Of a stretch of 64,000 nucleotides of DNA, positions 19,490 to 30,346 are shown piece by piece. The first letter of the stretch is position 1, and every line of letters starts with the position of its first letter. The stretch comes from Gammaproteobacteria bacterium. Lineage in GTDB: Bacteria > Pseudomonadota > Gammaproteobacteria > Eutrophobiales > Eutrophobiaceae. The DNA lies in contig CBDCTH010000012.1 of NCBI GenBank assembly GCA_965222155.1, positions 1,760,001 through 1,824,000 of the forward strand, given 5' to 3'. Made by a program: the position numbers and the translations under genes. The notes below the pieces were generated by a model. That model worked only from the letters and a program-made list of their open reading frames with translations, ran no database searches and was not told the DNA's origin.

Positions 19490-20003
19490 TGACTGATCTT
19501 GTTTGTTTTCTGGAAGAGCGCAGCGCGGAAGAAATGCTAAGGGGAGTGTTGCCAAAAATACTCTGCCCTGAACAGGTTGAGGCGACAAAGTATATTCCTT
19601 TTGAGGGAAAACAGGATTTAGATAAATAAATCGAAAGGCGCTTGAGGGGGTGGCGGACTCCCAACACTAAATTTTTAATCCTCAGAGATAAAGATAGCGG
19701 TGATTGCAAGGATATTAAGCGATCCCTGTCAGATAGGGTGATTTCATCAGGGAAAAAAGACGTTACGTTGATTCGAATTGCCTGTCACGAACTGGAGAGT
19801 TTTTATTTGGGCGATTTGAAAGCAATACAGGCAGCTTTTCCCAAGATGCTTCGGACATCACAAGAGAATAACAAATATCGTAATCCGGATGTGAAGCCAA
19901 AACCTGCCTACGAATTAAGAAGACTCACCAGAGGCCATTATCAGAAAATTGCCGGGTCACGGGCGATTGCAACACATTTAACATTGGATGGCGACAATAA
20001 ATC
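19489..20003 (+). pseudogene. DUF4276-like (TOPRIM-like) protein with in-frame stop and truncated 3' end
   Basis: TAATG coupling at 19487-19491. Reads MTDLVCFLEE..., in-frame TAA at 19627-19629, then LRDKD and CHELESFY. Runs into the methionine-synthase fragment. Confidence 0.8.
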
Positions 20004-20933
20004 AGGGAGTTATGGCGCATCGAGGATGTCTATCTGCATGAGGCCCAGAATGATGCGACACGTCTGGCTATCCAGGATCAGGAAAGAGCAGGTCTTGACA
20101 TTATTTCAGATGGGGAGATCCGAAGAGAGAGTTATTCCAATCACTATGCTACGGCATTGGATGGGATTGATATTGATAACCCCGGACAAGCGCTGGATCG
20201 CAGTGGTGATCCGGTATTCGTACCACGCATCGTCGGCCCAATTCGACGTAGTCACCCTGTCGGGGTTGAAGATGTGAAGTATTTGCGGGCTAATACTTAC
20301 AAGGCCATAAAAATGACGGTGCCTGGACCTTTTACCATGTCCCAGCAGGCCCAGAATGATTATTATTCATCAGAGTTGGATTGTGCCATGGATTATGCCG
20401 CCGCAGTCAATGAAGAAATAAAGGATTTGTTTGCGGCAGGCGCAGACGTGGTCCAGATCGATGAGCCCTATATGCAGGCTCGGCCCGAAAAAGCGAAGGA
20501 ATATGGCATAGATGTATTGAACCGGGCTTTAGCGGGAGTAACAGGAAAGACTTGTGTACATATTTGTTTCGGTTACGCCGCCTTGATCCATAACCGCCCT
20601 GACGGTTATTCATTTCTGCCGGAATTTGCTGATGCAAACTGCCGGCAGGTTTCCATAGAAACGGCCCAGTCAAATCTGGCCTGTACAATACTGGAGTCCC
20701 TTCCGGATAAGGAAATTCTGCTTGGCGTCCTGAACCTGTCGACGGAAGAAATTGAGACAGTGGATATGATAAAGGACAGGGTGCGACGGGCTTTGTCGCA
20801 TGTAAATGAAGAACGCGTCATATTGGCGCCGGATTGCGGCATGAAATACCTGCCACGTGAATCCGCATTCGGAAAGTTGCAGGCAATGTGTGAAGCAGCC
20901 GGACAATTGCGGGAAGAGTTTTCGAAAAAATAA
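20004..20933 (+). pseudogene. Cobalamin-independent methionine synthase catalytic-domain (MetE-like) protein lacking its N-terminus
   Basis: The frame opens after TAA 19998-20000 with no start codon: RELWRIED...DIISDGEIRRESY, PGPFT, QIDEP, HICFG, APDCG. Confidence 0.75.
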
Positions 20934-20942
20934 CCGTCGTGA

Positions 20943-23900
20943 TCAGACAGCTCCAAACCCCCCTCCTCCCGGGGTTTTCATCACGAACAGGTCACCGGCG
21001 TTCATATCGACCTCATCGTTGCCTTTAAGTTGCACGACTTCGCCATCGGCACGCACAACATGGTTCTTACCGCATTCACCCGGCTCACCGCCTGCCAGAC
21101 CAAACGGCGGCACCACCCGGTGCGAACTCAGCATGGTCGCGGTCATGGGTTCCAGGAAACGTAACTTTCGTACGACACCGTTGCCGCCGCGGTGTCTGCC
21201 GGCGCCCCCGGAACCCTGGCGTATGGAAAATTCTTCCACTAGCACGGGAAAGCGTAATTCCAGTACTTCGGGATCGGTCATGCGGGTGTTGGTCATGTGA
21301 CTGTGTACGGCGCTGGTTCCCGGATGATCCGGGCCGGCGCCGGTGCCGCCACAGACGGTGTCGTAGTTCTGGTAACGGTCGTTTCCGTAGAAGACATTGT
21401 TCATGGTGCCTTGCGAGGCGGCCAGTACGCCGAGTGCACCGTAGAGCGCGTTGGTAATAGCCTGGGATACTTCAATATTGCCCGCCATCACTGCCGCCGG
21501 ATATTCCGGCGTGATCATCGAGCGCTTCGGCAGGATTAGTTTGATGGGCTTGAGGCAACCCTCGTTCAACGGGATATCATCGTTGACCAGGGTCCGGAAT
21601 ACGTAGAGTACTGCCGCTTTACAGACCGCTGTCGGGGCGTTGTAGTTGGTCGGATTCTGCATTGATGTGCCGCTGAAATCGATGCTTGCCTCACGCTTTT
21701 CACGATCTACCGAAATCCTGACCTTTATCACACTGCCCTCATCCATGGGATATTCGAATTCGCCGTCTTTCAACACTTCCATTACCCTTCGCACCGACTC
21801 CTCGGCATTGTCCTGAACGTGTTTCATATAGGCGTTGACCACCTCGATGCCGTAGTGTCCGACCATTTTCCGCAGTTCCATCAGGCCGGTTTCATTGGCG
21901 GCTATCTGCGCTGACAGGTCAGCCAGGTTCTGATCGATATTGCGACAGGGATATTTGCCGGAACCCAGCAATTCCCTGATTTCTTTTTCACGCAGCCGGC
22001 CGTTTTCAACCAGCAGGAAGTTGTCAATCAATATGCCCTCCTCGTCAATATGGGTACTGTCCGGGGGAGCAGAACCCGGCGTACGGCCACCAATATCGGC
22101 ATGGTGGCCCCGTGAAGCCAGGTAGAAGAGGATGTTTTCTCCTTTATCGTCGAATGCCGGCGTAATCAGGGTTACGTCGGGGAGATGGGTGCCGCCGGCG
22201 TAAGGGGCATTGAGGGCATACACGTCGCCAGGCCTGATATTGCCCTCGTCGGTTTTGATAACGGACTTGACCGATTCACCCATGGAACCCAGGTGGACGG
22301 GGATATGGGGTGCATTGGCCACCAGGTTGCCCTCGGCGTTGAACAGTGCGCAGGAAAAGTCCAGGCGCTCCTTGATGTTCACGGAATAAGCGGTATTTTG
22401 CAGGGTGACGCCCATCTGTTCGGCAATCGACATAAAGAGGTTATTGAATACCTCCAGCATGATCGGGTCGGCAGCAGTACTGATGGTTTTTCTCTGCACA
22501 AGTTCGACATAACGCGTCATTACCAGGTGGCCGCGGCTGTTGAGCGCAGCGCGCCAGCCCTGCTCCACTATGATCGTGCCTGTTGCTTCGATAATAATGG
22601 CCGGCCCGTAGACATGCTGGCCGGGGTGCAACTCTGAGCGACGATATAAAGCAGTCTCACGCCATTCGCCGGCACTGTAAACCTGTACCAAATCGTGTAC
22701 GATCGGACTTTCCCCGGAAACGGGGGGACTGATCTCCGGATCATCCGCGTGCTCCGTTACGCCGATCGCCTCTACGGATAGCGCTTCCACGACCAGGCCG
22801 CGTGCGCGGGCAACAAACCCGAAACGGCGGCGGTGCGCATCCTCAAAATCCGACTTCATCCGTACCGCGCTGCCTGCGTCAACCAGCAGGCTGGTGTCGG
22901 TGCCTTCATAACGCAGATGGACCTTGGTGACCAGGGAGATGTGTTGTTCCCCAACACCTTGCTGCTGCACTGCTCTACGGGCTGAATCGGCCAACTGCCG
23001 ATATTGCCCCGCGATCTTTTGTTCCACTGAGTCCGCTACAAAATTGAAGCCCATCTGCGCTTGACGCAACACCCTGATCTCCGCCAGGCCCATGCCGTAA
23101 GCAGACAGCACCCCGGCGAAGGGATGCAGGAAAATAGTTTCCATCCCCAACGCGTCCGCAACCGGACACGCGTGCTGGCCGGCAGCGCTGCCGAAACAGT
23201 TAAGCGTGTATTGCGTGACATCGTAACCGCGCTGCAGTGAAATTTTCTTGATCGCATTGGCCATGTTTTCAACGGCAATACACAGAAAACCTTCTGCGAC
23301 TTCTTCTACGCTGAGGGTTTTGCCCCTGGTGGCGGATACTTGTGCGGCCATTTCAGAAAACTTCCGTACCACCGTTTCACGGTCAAGTTTGTCATTACCA
23401 GCGGACCCGAAAATGGCAGGAAAGTAGTCCGGCTGGATTTTTCCCAGCATAACGTTGCAATCGGTTACCGTCAGCGGGCCGCCGCGCTGATAACAGGCCG
23501 GCCCGGGGTTGGCGCCGGCTGATTCCGGCCCTACCCTGAAGCGTGAGCCGTCAAATTGAAGTATTGAACCACCGCCGGCCGCCACGCTATGGATATGCAT
23601 CATCGGCGCTCTCATGCGGACGCCGGCTACCAATGTTTCAAAACTGCGCTCGTATTCGCCATCGTAATGTGTCACATCCGTGGAGGTGCCGCCCATATCG
23701 AAACCAATCAACTTGTGGAACCCGCTCATCGCCGCAGTGCGAGTCATGCCCACGACACCGCCGGCCGGGCCGGAAAGAATGGCGTCCTTGCCCTGGAACA
23801 GACGGGCATCGGTGAGACCGCCATTGGATTGCATAAACATGAGCCGCGGACCACCCTCGCCTTGAGTACCCAGTTCATCGGCAACCTGCTGCACATAGCG

Positions 23901-24551
23901 GCGCAGGATAGGAGACAGATAGGCGTCAACAACAGTCGTATCAGCGCGGGACACCAGCTTGACCAGGGGACTGACCTCGTGACTCAGGGATATCCGGGTA
24001 AAACCTACCTCCCTGCAAATTTCACCCACTCTAAGTTCGTGGTCGCGATATCGATAACCGTGCATAAAGGCAACAGCTACCGCCCTGATACCGGTATCAA
24101 ATACTGTCCGAAGGTCAGCCCTGATCCGATCCTCGTCAAGCGGGGATAACACTTCATCGTAGGCGTCGACGCGCTCGTCCACTTCGATCACCTGTTCATA
24201 CAGCAGACTCGGTAACACGATATTTAGATCAAACAAACGCGGACGGTTCTGGTAACCGATGCGCAATGCATCACCGAAACCCCTGGTGGTGACAAACAGG
24301 GTGCGTTCGCCTTTACGTTCAAGCAGTGCATTGGTAGCGACAGTGGTACCCATTTTGACATGTTCGATGGCGCCGGGAGGGATGGACGCGCCGCGCTCCA
24401 TGCCGAGCAGATCGCGAATGCCCTGAACTGCCGCGTCCTTGTAGCGTCCGGGATTCTCGGAAAGCAGCTTATGACTGATTAATTGACCACCAGGAGATTT
24501 TGCGACAATATCCGTAAAGGTGCCACCGCGATCAATCCAGATTTTCCACAT
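20943..24551 (-). CDS. oplA: ATP-dependent 5-oxoprolinase (fused hydantoinase A/B)
   Basis: Motifs [56 protein letters not shown] and TPGGGG. Confidence 0.92.
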   Translation of the reverse strand: MWKIWIDRGGTFTDIVAKSPGGQLISHKLLSENPGRYKDAAVQGIRDLLGMERGASIPPGAIEHVKMGTTVATNALLERKGERTLFVTTRGFGDALRIGYQNRPRLFDLNIVLPSLLYEQVIEVDERVDAYDEVLSPLDEDRIRADLRTVFDTGIRAVAVAFMHGYRYRDHELRVGEICREVGFTRISLSHEVSPLVKLVSRADTTVVDAYLSPILRRYVQQVADELGTQGEGGPRLMFMQSNGGLTDARLFQGKDAILSGPAGGVVGMTRTAAMSGFHKLIGFDMGGTSTDVTHYDGEYERSFETLVAGVRMRAPMMHIHSVAAGGGSILQFDGSRFRVGPESAGANPGPACYQRGGPLTVTDCNVMLGKIQPDYFPAIFGSAGNDKLDRETVVRKFSEMAAQVSATRGKTLSVEEVAEGFLCIAVENMANAIKKISLQRGYDVTQYTLNCFGSAAGQHACPVADALGMETIFLHPFAGVLSAYGMGLAEIRVLRQAQMGFNFVADSVEQKIAGQYRQLADSARRAVQQQGVGEQHISLVTKVHLRYEGTDTSLLVDAGSAVRMKSDFEDAHRRRFGFVARARGLVVEALSVEAIGVTEHADDPEISPPVSGESPIVHDLVQVYSAGEWRETALYRRSELHPGQHVYGPAIIIEATGTIIVEQGWRAALNSRGHLVMTRYVELVQRKTISTAADPIMLEVFNNLFMSIAEQMGVTLQNTAYSVNIKERLDFSCALFNAEGNLVANAPHIPVHLGSMGESVKSVIKTDEGNIRPGDVYALNAPYAGGTHLPDVTLITPAFDDKGENILFYLASRGHHADIGGRTPGSAPPDSTHIDEEGILIDNFLLVENGRLREKEIRELLGSGKYPCRNIDQNLADLSAQIAANETGLMELRKMVGHYGIEVVNAYMKHVQDNAEESVRRVMEVLKDGEFEYPMDEGSVIKVRISVDREKREASIDFSGTSMQNPTNYNAPTAVCKAAVLYVFRTLVNDDIPLNEGCLKPIKLILPKRSMITPEYPAAVMAGNIEVSQAITNALYGALGVLAASQGTMNNVFYGNDRYQNYDTVCGGTGAGPDHPGTSAVHSHMTNTRMTDPEVLELRFPVLVEEFSIRQGSGGAGRHRGGNGVVRKLRFLEPMTATMLSSHRVVPPFGLAGGEPGECGKNHVVRADGEVVQLKGNDEVDMNAGDLFVMKTPGGGGFGAV

Positions 24552-24623
24552 GATTGAATGTTCTTTGCTGTCAATGAGTTACTGACAGTTTATCACTTTG
24601 TTACCATTGCAGGCCAGACTGCC

Positions 24624-24790
24624 CGTCATTCTGGTGAATACCAGAATCCAGTAGATAAACCTACCCCCCTGGATTACGACATTCCAGGGCAGGTTTATCA
24701 TTATAAGGAGCCTTTATTGACTGGATTTCCATCCTTTGGTCTGTTGACGGCACATCCATGTGCCACTACTCGGCATTCGCCGGAATGACG
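24624..24790. repeat. CGTC-type REP pair whose right arm carries an insertion
   Basis: Left arm CGTCATTCTGGTGAATACCAGAATCCAGT. Right arm ACTGGATT...CGGCATTCGCCGGAATGACG, split by about 40 bp containing the hairpin GGCACATCCATGTGCC. Confidence 0.75.
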
Positions 24791-24987
24791 ATGGGGCAGC
24801 CGCCAGAATGATAAACTCATAGTCGTAGCATTATATGTGTTTATCTGCTCTTGCAAGTATTCTGTTTGCGAGTATGCTTTTGAAGAAAATGAAAAACAGA
24901 CTGTAGCCTGGTTCAGTGGCTTACAGGGCCATGGCGCGGATCGCGTGATTTTCCGCGCTGTTGCGGTGTTATTTCGGGGGGACGATT

Positions 24988-26373
24988 ATGAGACACAAAT
25001 TTTCCATATTGATACTGTTCTGCCTCAATCTGGCCGTGTTTGCAGCGCCGGGAGACAAGCCGACTCTTGCAATAACCGGTGGTCAGCTTGTTGACGGTTA
25101 TGGCGGACAACCTCTGCAAAATGCGGTAGTGCTGGTCAGCGGCGATCGCATAATCAGCCTTGGCGACGTGAATACTGTAACCATTCCTGACGGGGTGAAA
25201 ACGCTGGATGTAAACGGCATGACGATTTTACCGGGATTATGGGAATCCCATGGGCATTTATTTCATATCGCCGAGGGAGATCCGGCGTCGTTTCCAATTA
25301 AATTTGCCCCCCAGGCAAAATCGGTGATGGCGGCCGTGGCAAAAACATCGTTATTGGCGGGTATTACTTCTTTCCGCGACACGGGCGGCCCCATCAGCCA
25401 ACAACTGGCCCTGAAAGCAGAGATTGAAGCGGGCCAACTGCCCGGACCCAGGCTGTTCCTGGCCGGCCCCATACTGCACCAGCGCAATCCCGATAAGCCC
25501 AATATCAGGAGAGATTATCTCGTTGGCTCACCCGCTGAGGCAAAGCAGGTAACGGATAGAGTCATTGCTCTGGGCGTCGATCAAGTCAAGGTATATGGCT
25601 TTTGGGACCTGGAAATACTCAAGGTGATCGTGGATACGGCGCATAAGGTCGGTCTTGGCGTGGATGCCGACGTGCGCCACATCAACGCCTACCGCACGGC
25701 AATTGAAGCCGGCGTTGACCGCATGCATCATGTATTTACGGCCGATCCCTTGTCGGATTACAGCGCCGAGGCTATTCGTCTGATGGTACGTGGAATAAAA
25801 CCCATCCCGACGGGACCCAGGGCCAATATCCTGCGCGGGCCGTATATCATACCGACTATTGAAATGCGCAATGCCTACGTGCGCGTGTTTGAGTTTCCCG
25901 AATCGCTGGACCATCCCAGGTTCAAGCAACAATATTCCGCGGAAGTGTACGCGCACCTGCTCGATTCCTGGAAAAACCCGAACGCGATACCCTGGGGCAT
26001 CGGGGCGCCGGAACGTATCAAAGTGGCGAAGCGGAAACTGAAGACGTTTATCGAAGCCGGCGGCCGGGAACAGATCGTCGCCGGAACAGACGCCGGCGCC
26101 CCCTTCAACATGCACAGTCCCCTGACCCGGGAGATGCAGCATTATCTCGATGCCGGATTAACGCCCATGGAAGTGATCCAGAGCGCAACATTACGGGCAG
26201 CACAATTGCAGGGAGTGGAAACAGACCTTGGTACGGTGACCGAAGGCAAGTTTGCCGACATGGTGATCGTGGATGGCGACCCACTTCAGGATATTACCTT
26301 GCTGCAACATAAAATTGTCTTAGTCATCAAAGGCGGGGAAGTGTATGCTCCCGAAAACAGCCTGAGGTTCTGA
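24988..26373 (+). CDS. Secreted amidohydrolase family protein
   Basis: Signal peptide MRHKFSILILFCLNLAVFA. Motifs PGLWESHGH, GTDAG and GKFADMVIVDGDPL. Confidence 0.88.
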   Translation: MRHKFSILILFCLNLAVFAAPGDKPTLAITGGQLVDGYGGQPLQNAVVLVSGDRIISLGDVNTVTIPDGVKTLDVNGMTILPGLWESHGHLFHIAEGDPASFPIKFAPQAKSVMAAVAKTSLLAGITSFRDTGGPISQQLALKAEIEAGQLPGPRLFLAGPILHQRNPDKPNIRRDYLVGSPAEAKQVTDRVIALGVDQVKVYGFWDLEILKVIVDTAHKVGLGVDADVRHINAYRTAIEAGVDRMHHVFTADPLSDYSAEAIRLMVRGIKPIPTGPRANILRGPYIIPTIEMRNAYVRVFEFPESLDHPRFKQQYSAEVYAHLLDSWKNPNAIPWGIGAPERIKVAKRKLKTFIEAGGREQIVAGTDAGAPFNMHSPLTREMQHYLDAGLTPMEVIQSATLRAAQLQGVETDLGTVTEGKFADMVIVDGDPLQDITLLQHKIVLVIKGGEVYAPENSLRF

Positions 26374-26406
26374 TTGCTTCGCTATAAATTATGAGGAGAT
26401 AAGCTG

Positions 26407-27324
26407 ATGTTGAAGATAAAACTGTCTATGCTTGCCGTCTTACTGATGTTGTTCACCGCTGTAATAAATGCGCAGGACATGTCCAAATATTATACGGTCA
26501 TGCACCCTGAGGACTTTACCATTGACTGGACCGGCTTTTATAAACGCAATAATGAACTTACGGCCCGGGTAAGAGAACACTACCTGCATTTCCTGGACCT
26601 GGCCTATGGCTCTGATCCAAAACAGGTCCTTGACCTTTATCTGCCTGAAGGCGAAGTGTCGAACGCGCCGGTGTTTTTGTTCCTGCATGGCGGCGGCTTC
26701 CGTGAAGGAGACAAGGCGCATTACGGTTCGGTCGCCGAACCTTTCGTCAATAGGGGAGTGATCACGACCGTCGCCAGTTACCGGTTGACCGGCAGCGGCG
26801 CTCACTACCCGGACCAATCCGATGATGTAAAGGGCGCCATAAAATGGTTGTTTGAAAATATTAAGGAATACGGCGGCAACCCGGAAGCTATTTTCGTGGG
26901 CGGGCACTCCGCCGGCGCCATCCTGTCTGCCGATATCGGCGTTGACCGTGCCTGGTTAGCGGATATGGGTATGCCAAAAGGGATATTAAAAGGCATCGTA
27001 CCCGTTAGCGGTCCCTACGATGTGCGCGATAGAGGACGGCCCGGGGAGTTGTATACTTATGCGCCGACCCCGGAACTACGGGAACAGGCCAGTCCGATAC
27101 TGCATATCAAAGACCCTGTACCGGCCGCACTGGTCGCCGTCGGGTCCGAAGAGGGGTACCAGGAGTCGTCCATGGCGTTTACCGAGGCATTAAAAACGGC
27201 CGGCGTTGATGCACATTACCTGCTGCTGGACGGGGAAGACCATGCCGATACGGCGCTGTCCCTGGCGAACGGGGATAGCGAACTGTTCAGACAGGTCATA
27301 GAGATGATACTGGGGCAGAAATAA
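26407..27324 (+). CDS. Secreted alpha/beta hydrolase (HSL-like esterase/arylformamidase-like)
   Basis: Signal peptide, HGGGF oxyanion motif, GHSAG nucleophile, C-terminal EDH. Confidence 0.88.
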   Translation: MLKIKLSMLAVLLMLFTAVINAQDMSKYYTVMHPEDFTIDWTGFYKRNNELTARVREHYLHFLDLAYGSDPKQVLDLYLPEGEVSNAPVFLFLHGGGFREGDKAHYGSVAEPFVNRGVITTVASYRLTGSGAHYPDQSDDVKGAIKWLFENIKEYGGNPEAIFVGGHSAGAILSADIGVDRAWLADMGMPKGILKGIVPVSGPYDVRDRGRPGELYTYAPTPELREQASPILHIKDPVPAALVAVGSEEGYQESSMAFTEALKTAGVDAHYLLLDGEDHADTALSLANGDSELFRQVIEMILGQK

Positions 27325-27364
27325 TTCCGCTCTCGCTCATTGCCCGGCATGGGAACCTGCGTAG

Positions 27365-27433
27365 TCACTGGTAGGCAGACTCCTGGCGCGGGTAGGCTTC
27401 GCCTTTGTAGATGATCGTCTCTATCTTGCGGAT
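27365..27433 (-). pseudogene. Orphan 3' fragment of an amidohydrolase gene
   Basis: Encodes IRKIETIIYKGEAYPRQESAYQ*, nearly identical to the C-terminus of 32643-34022 (IRKIETIIYKGKAYPREQFAYQ). Confidence 0.75.
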
Positions 27434-27561
27434 GGTTTGCAGCGAGACCGCCTCCATATCCATCAGAGCCACCCACCGCTCCGCCAACAACGACAGCGTC
27501 CACCTACGGGGGGAACAGTTTGAGCTTCTTGATGGCTTTGCGGTCGTATAGATCGCCGTTG

Positions 27562-28158
27562 TTAGCCGTTGTGTGCGCTCAATTGTTCTTTGACCAGATT
27601 TTGTAAGCCGCCTATCAGATGGTTAAAACTAGTTGAGGTATTCTTGTCTTTGTTCATGTGCCGGGGTACTTCCCGTGCAGCAATGCCCTTGCTGAAACCT
27701 CTGACTATCCGCTTTAATTCGTCGCTGGGTTTGCTAATGGCATCCGGATTCATGAATCTGCGTTTGTCCTTATATTTGTTGGCCCTGAATGACGGAAAAG
27801 CTTTTTCAACCGCATCAAGATCGCCGAAATACCAAGCTTCCAATTCCTGACAGACAATACGAATCAAGGGTTTATGTTTGTTATTCCGGACGCATAATAG
27901 CTTCAATTTTTGTTTCAGCTTCCTACAATCGTGGCTGTCCTGATCGTGCAGAATGATAAAAAAAGTATTTGGGGCAAGCCAGGCCCTGAGCTTAATCGGG
28001 ATTGATTTTTGCAAGTCTCCTTTTCCTTGATGAGGGATAAGCTGATAAGTTACCGACTGAAACTCGGATAATATCCGGGGCAGTAGTTCCTTGAGCAAAT
28101 GCTTGGCGGACTCTTCTTCCAGCATAAAAACCAGATTGATTGGCGCAACGTATTTCAT
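27562..28158 (-). CDS. DUF4276-like (TOPRIM-like) protein
   Basis: FMLEEES (conserved Glu), LHDQD (DxD) and CQELEAWY. Downstream of the ATPase. Confidence 0.8.
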   Translation of the reverse strand: MKYVAPINLVFMLEEESAKHLLKELLPRILSEFQSVTYQLIPHQGKGDLQKSIPIKLRAWLAPNTFFIILHDQDSHDCRKLKQKLKLLCVRNNKHKPLIRIVCQELEAWYFGDLDAVEKAFPSFRANKYKDKRRFMNPDAISKPSDELKRIVRGFSKGIAAREVPRHMNKDKNTSTSFNHLIGGLQNLVKEQLSAHNG

Positions 28159-28170
28159 TCCATGCCGCCG

Positions 28171-29346
28171 TTAAATTTCCAGTAGGTCCTGACTCCACAA
28201 CCAGCCGAGCTTATCGCCTTCTTCTATAAAACGCTTAATTTGTAGATTTTCTGCGATCGGATAAATTGCTGTTATGCCCTGTTCCTTTTTAAGAAAAAAC
28301 GCCTCGTTAATTTCCACATGATTCAGCACGTCGGGTGAGTGTGTGGAAACGAAGACCTGTCCACCATGCTCGGCGTAATTTCGCAGTTCTTCTACCAGTG
28401 CACCGAGCAATTGAGGAAAAAGTTGATTTTCCGGCTCCTCAATGCACAAAAATGGATGCGGTTTTGGGTCATGCAACAGCACTAAGTAGGCAAACATCTT
28501 GATCGTGCCGTCGGACACATAACGGGCAATGAACGGGTCCTTAAATGAACCATCTTTAAAACGTAGCAATATATGTCCGTCTTCCGTTGCAGTAGCGGTT
28601 ACCTCTGACATACCGGGAATTCTCTCCCTGAATCTTCGCAGAATCCTGTTAAATGCTTGCCGGTTATTTTGGTGCAAGTGCTGTGCAACCAGCGGCAGGT
28701 TATCCCCGGTTTCCGAGAGATGTTCGGCAACGCCGGCTTCCACCCGCTGGCGGGCTGCCATTATGTGAAAGTCCGAAACATGCCAGTTTTCAATCAAATG
28801 GCGAAATGCGCTTGCGGCTTTGAATCTTCGGAATTGCCCCAAACCCTTTATAGCAAGCATGCTGGGAGAATCCAGAGATTGATAATCTTTTGTTAACTCT
28901 TCGTCTTGTTTATTAAAATCTTCCTCGTTGCTGATTGCATATCCCTCACCATTTCTGAAGTCCAGAAAATGAAAAGGCGAACCGTATGCTCCCCGTTTGT
29001 AGCGCAAAATCTCCCGTTGTACTACGGGGATACCGCTGTCCATGATAATTTCCAGATGATAAGTGACCAATCGGTTCACATCCGAGAGCATCATCCTAAA
29101 CTGAATCTCTATCTCGATCGGCTCGTCCGCGTGACCGCGGGTTGCCACTTCCTTGTAGCCGCCCATTCTTTGCAGTGCAACGCCGACATTGTTTTTTAAG
29201 GCATCTTTGAGAAAGCCGAAGGCTTGAAACAAAGTGGATTTGCCACTACCGTTTTTGCCAACAAAAACAGCAAGCGGAGGGATATTTTTCAATTCTATGT
29301 CGTATAGTGCGCGGAAATTCTTCAGGCGAATGCGTTCAATTTTCAT
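28171..29346 (-). CDS. ABC/AAA_21-type ATPase
   Basis: Motifs IRLKNFRA, GKNGSGKS, SDGT, LCIEEPENQ and STHSP. Confidence 0.9.
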   Translation of the reverse strand: MKIERIRLKNFRALYDIELKNIPPLAVFVGKNGSGKSTLFQAFGFLKDALKNNVGVALQRMGGYKEVATRGHADEPIEIEIQFRMMLSDVNRLVTYHLEIIMDSGIPVVQREILRYKRGAYGSPFHFLDFRNGEGYAISNEEDFNKQDEELTKDYQSLDSPSMLAIKGLGQFRRFKAASAFRHLIENWHVSDFHIMAARQRVEAGVAEHLSETGDNLPLVAQHLHQNNRQAFNRILRRFRERIPGMSEVTATATEDGHILLRFKDGSFKDPFIARYVSDGTIKMFAYLVLLHDPKPHPFLCIEEPENQLFPQLLGALVEELRNYAEHGGQVFVSTHSPDVLNHVEINEAFFLKKEQGITAIYPIAENLQIKRFIEEGDKLGWLWSQDLLEI

Positions 29347-29609
29347 CTTTCTAGTCTGTCCAGCAATTTTCTGCTATTAATTTATCAAGAAATCTATACC
29401 TATCACAATTAATGATTTACGTATATTTGTAAAAGAAGTCCACGCTCCTGGTTTACTGTTTTGTCGTAGTGTTAGAGAATGATTTTATTCAGATCAAGAT
29501 CATAACCCGCCTGTTTTAGTATCCTAGCTAAAGTCAAGGAATTATGTACTTTAATCCGCAGGCATGTTGATGTTAACCAGCGTTTGCGCAGAGAATGCCA
29601 AGGAGACAA

Positions 29610-30020
29610 ATGAGATTATATCACTTCACAAACGCAGAATACGGTCTTTCCAACTTACGAGAGAAACACCTGAAAATATCCAGAATTGATCAGTTGAATG
29701 ATCCCTTTGAGTTTATGGGTGCGGATTTATCCAATGGTGACTTGCGTAAAGAAATAGAAATCTCAAAGGACCGCTATAACGAAACAATGGGCCTGCTTTG
29801 TTTCAGTAAAAACTGGGATAACCCGGTGCAATGGGGCCATTACGCCGACGGGCATAAAGGACTGTGTTTGGGGTTTGACGTTGCCGACGGAGCGATCGGC
29901 GCAAGCCCTGAGATTGCCGTGTTTAAAGGCCGCCTGCACGACCGTCGGTTTGCTATAGAAAAAAACCTGGTTTACAAGCCCTATGCACCGGGCAGCCTGC
30001 GGCACAGACGGGGAATTTAA
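29610..30020 (+). pseudogene. DUF2971-like protein, C-terminally truncated or chimeric
   Basis: RBS AGGAG at 29601. LYHFT, LNDPFE, CFS and WGHYADGHKGLCLGF, after which the family pattern stops near 29890. Confidence 0.65.
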
Positions 30021-30073
30021 GGGAATATAGGCTGGTCAATTGACCACCTATAAAGACCTTGTATAAGGTAATC

Positions 30074-30094
30074 CAGGGCAAACGCATACATTTG
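30074..30094. repeat. Solo copy of the MITE terminal repeat
   Basis: CAGGGCAAACGCATACATTTG, a 20/21 match to 17905-17925. No partner end found. Confidence 0.7.
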
Positions 30095-30209
30095 TATCTG
30101 ATAGCAAAAGACATTAATTTTCCGTGAAAACTCCGTTTCCATTCCTGCGAAAGTTTACCCCCCTGCTCAACAGCATACAGGGGCAAGCTCTGTATGCTGT
30201 TGAGCAGAG

Positions 30210-30328
30210 CCTGCCCCTGCGAAAGCAGGGGGGCAGGAATCCAGTGGATAACCAAACATTTATTAGTGGATTCCTGCTTTCGCAGTGATACTGGGGTCAA
30301 AGTAAATAATATTTACTCTGACCCCAGT
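30210..30328. repeat. Composite palindromic repeats downstream of the TBDR gene
   Basis: CCTGCGAAAGCAGG...GAATCCAG / TGGATTCCTGCTTTCGCAG REP-like pair, then the palindrome ACTGGGGTCAAAGTAAAT-ATTTACTCTGACCCCAGT (30290-30328). Confidence 0.7.
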
Positions 30329-30346
30329 GATTAAACCTGGTATTCC

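Noticed and set aside
19642-20277. 211-aa ORF as a genuine gene
   Set aside because: Chimera of the post-stop part of the DUF4276 pseudogene and an off-frame reading of the MetE-like fragment.
27500-27568. GGCTAAC overlapping the DUF4276 stop codon, like an attC R'' site
   Set aside because: No matching GTTAGCC arm downstream on that strand.
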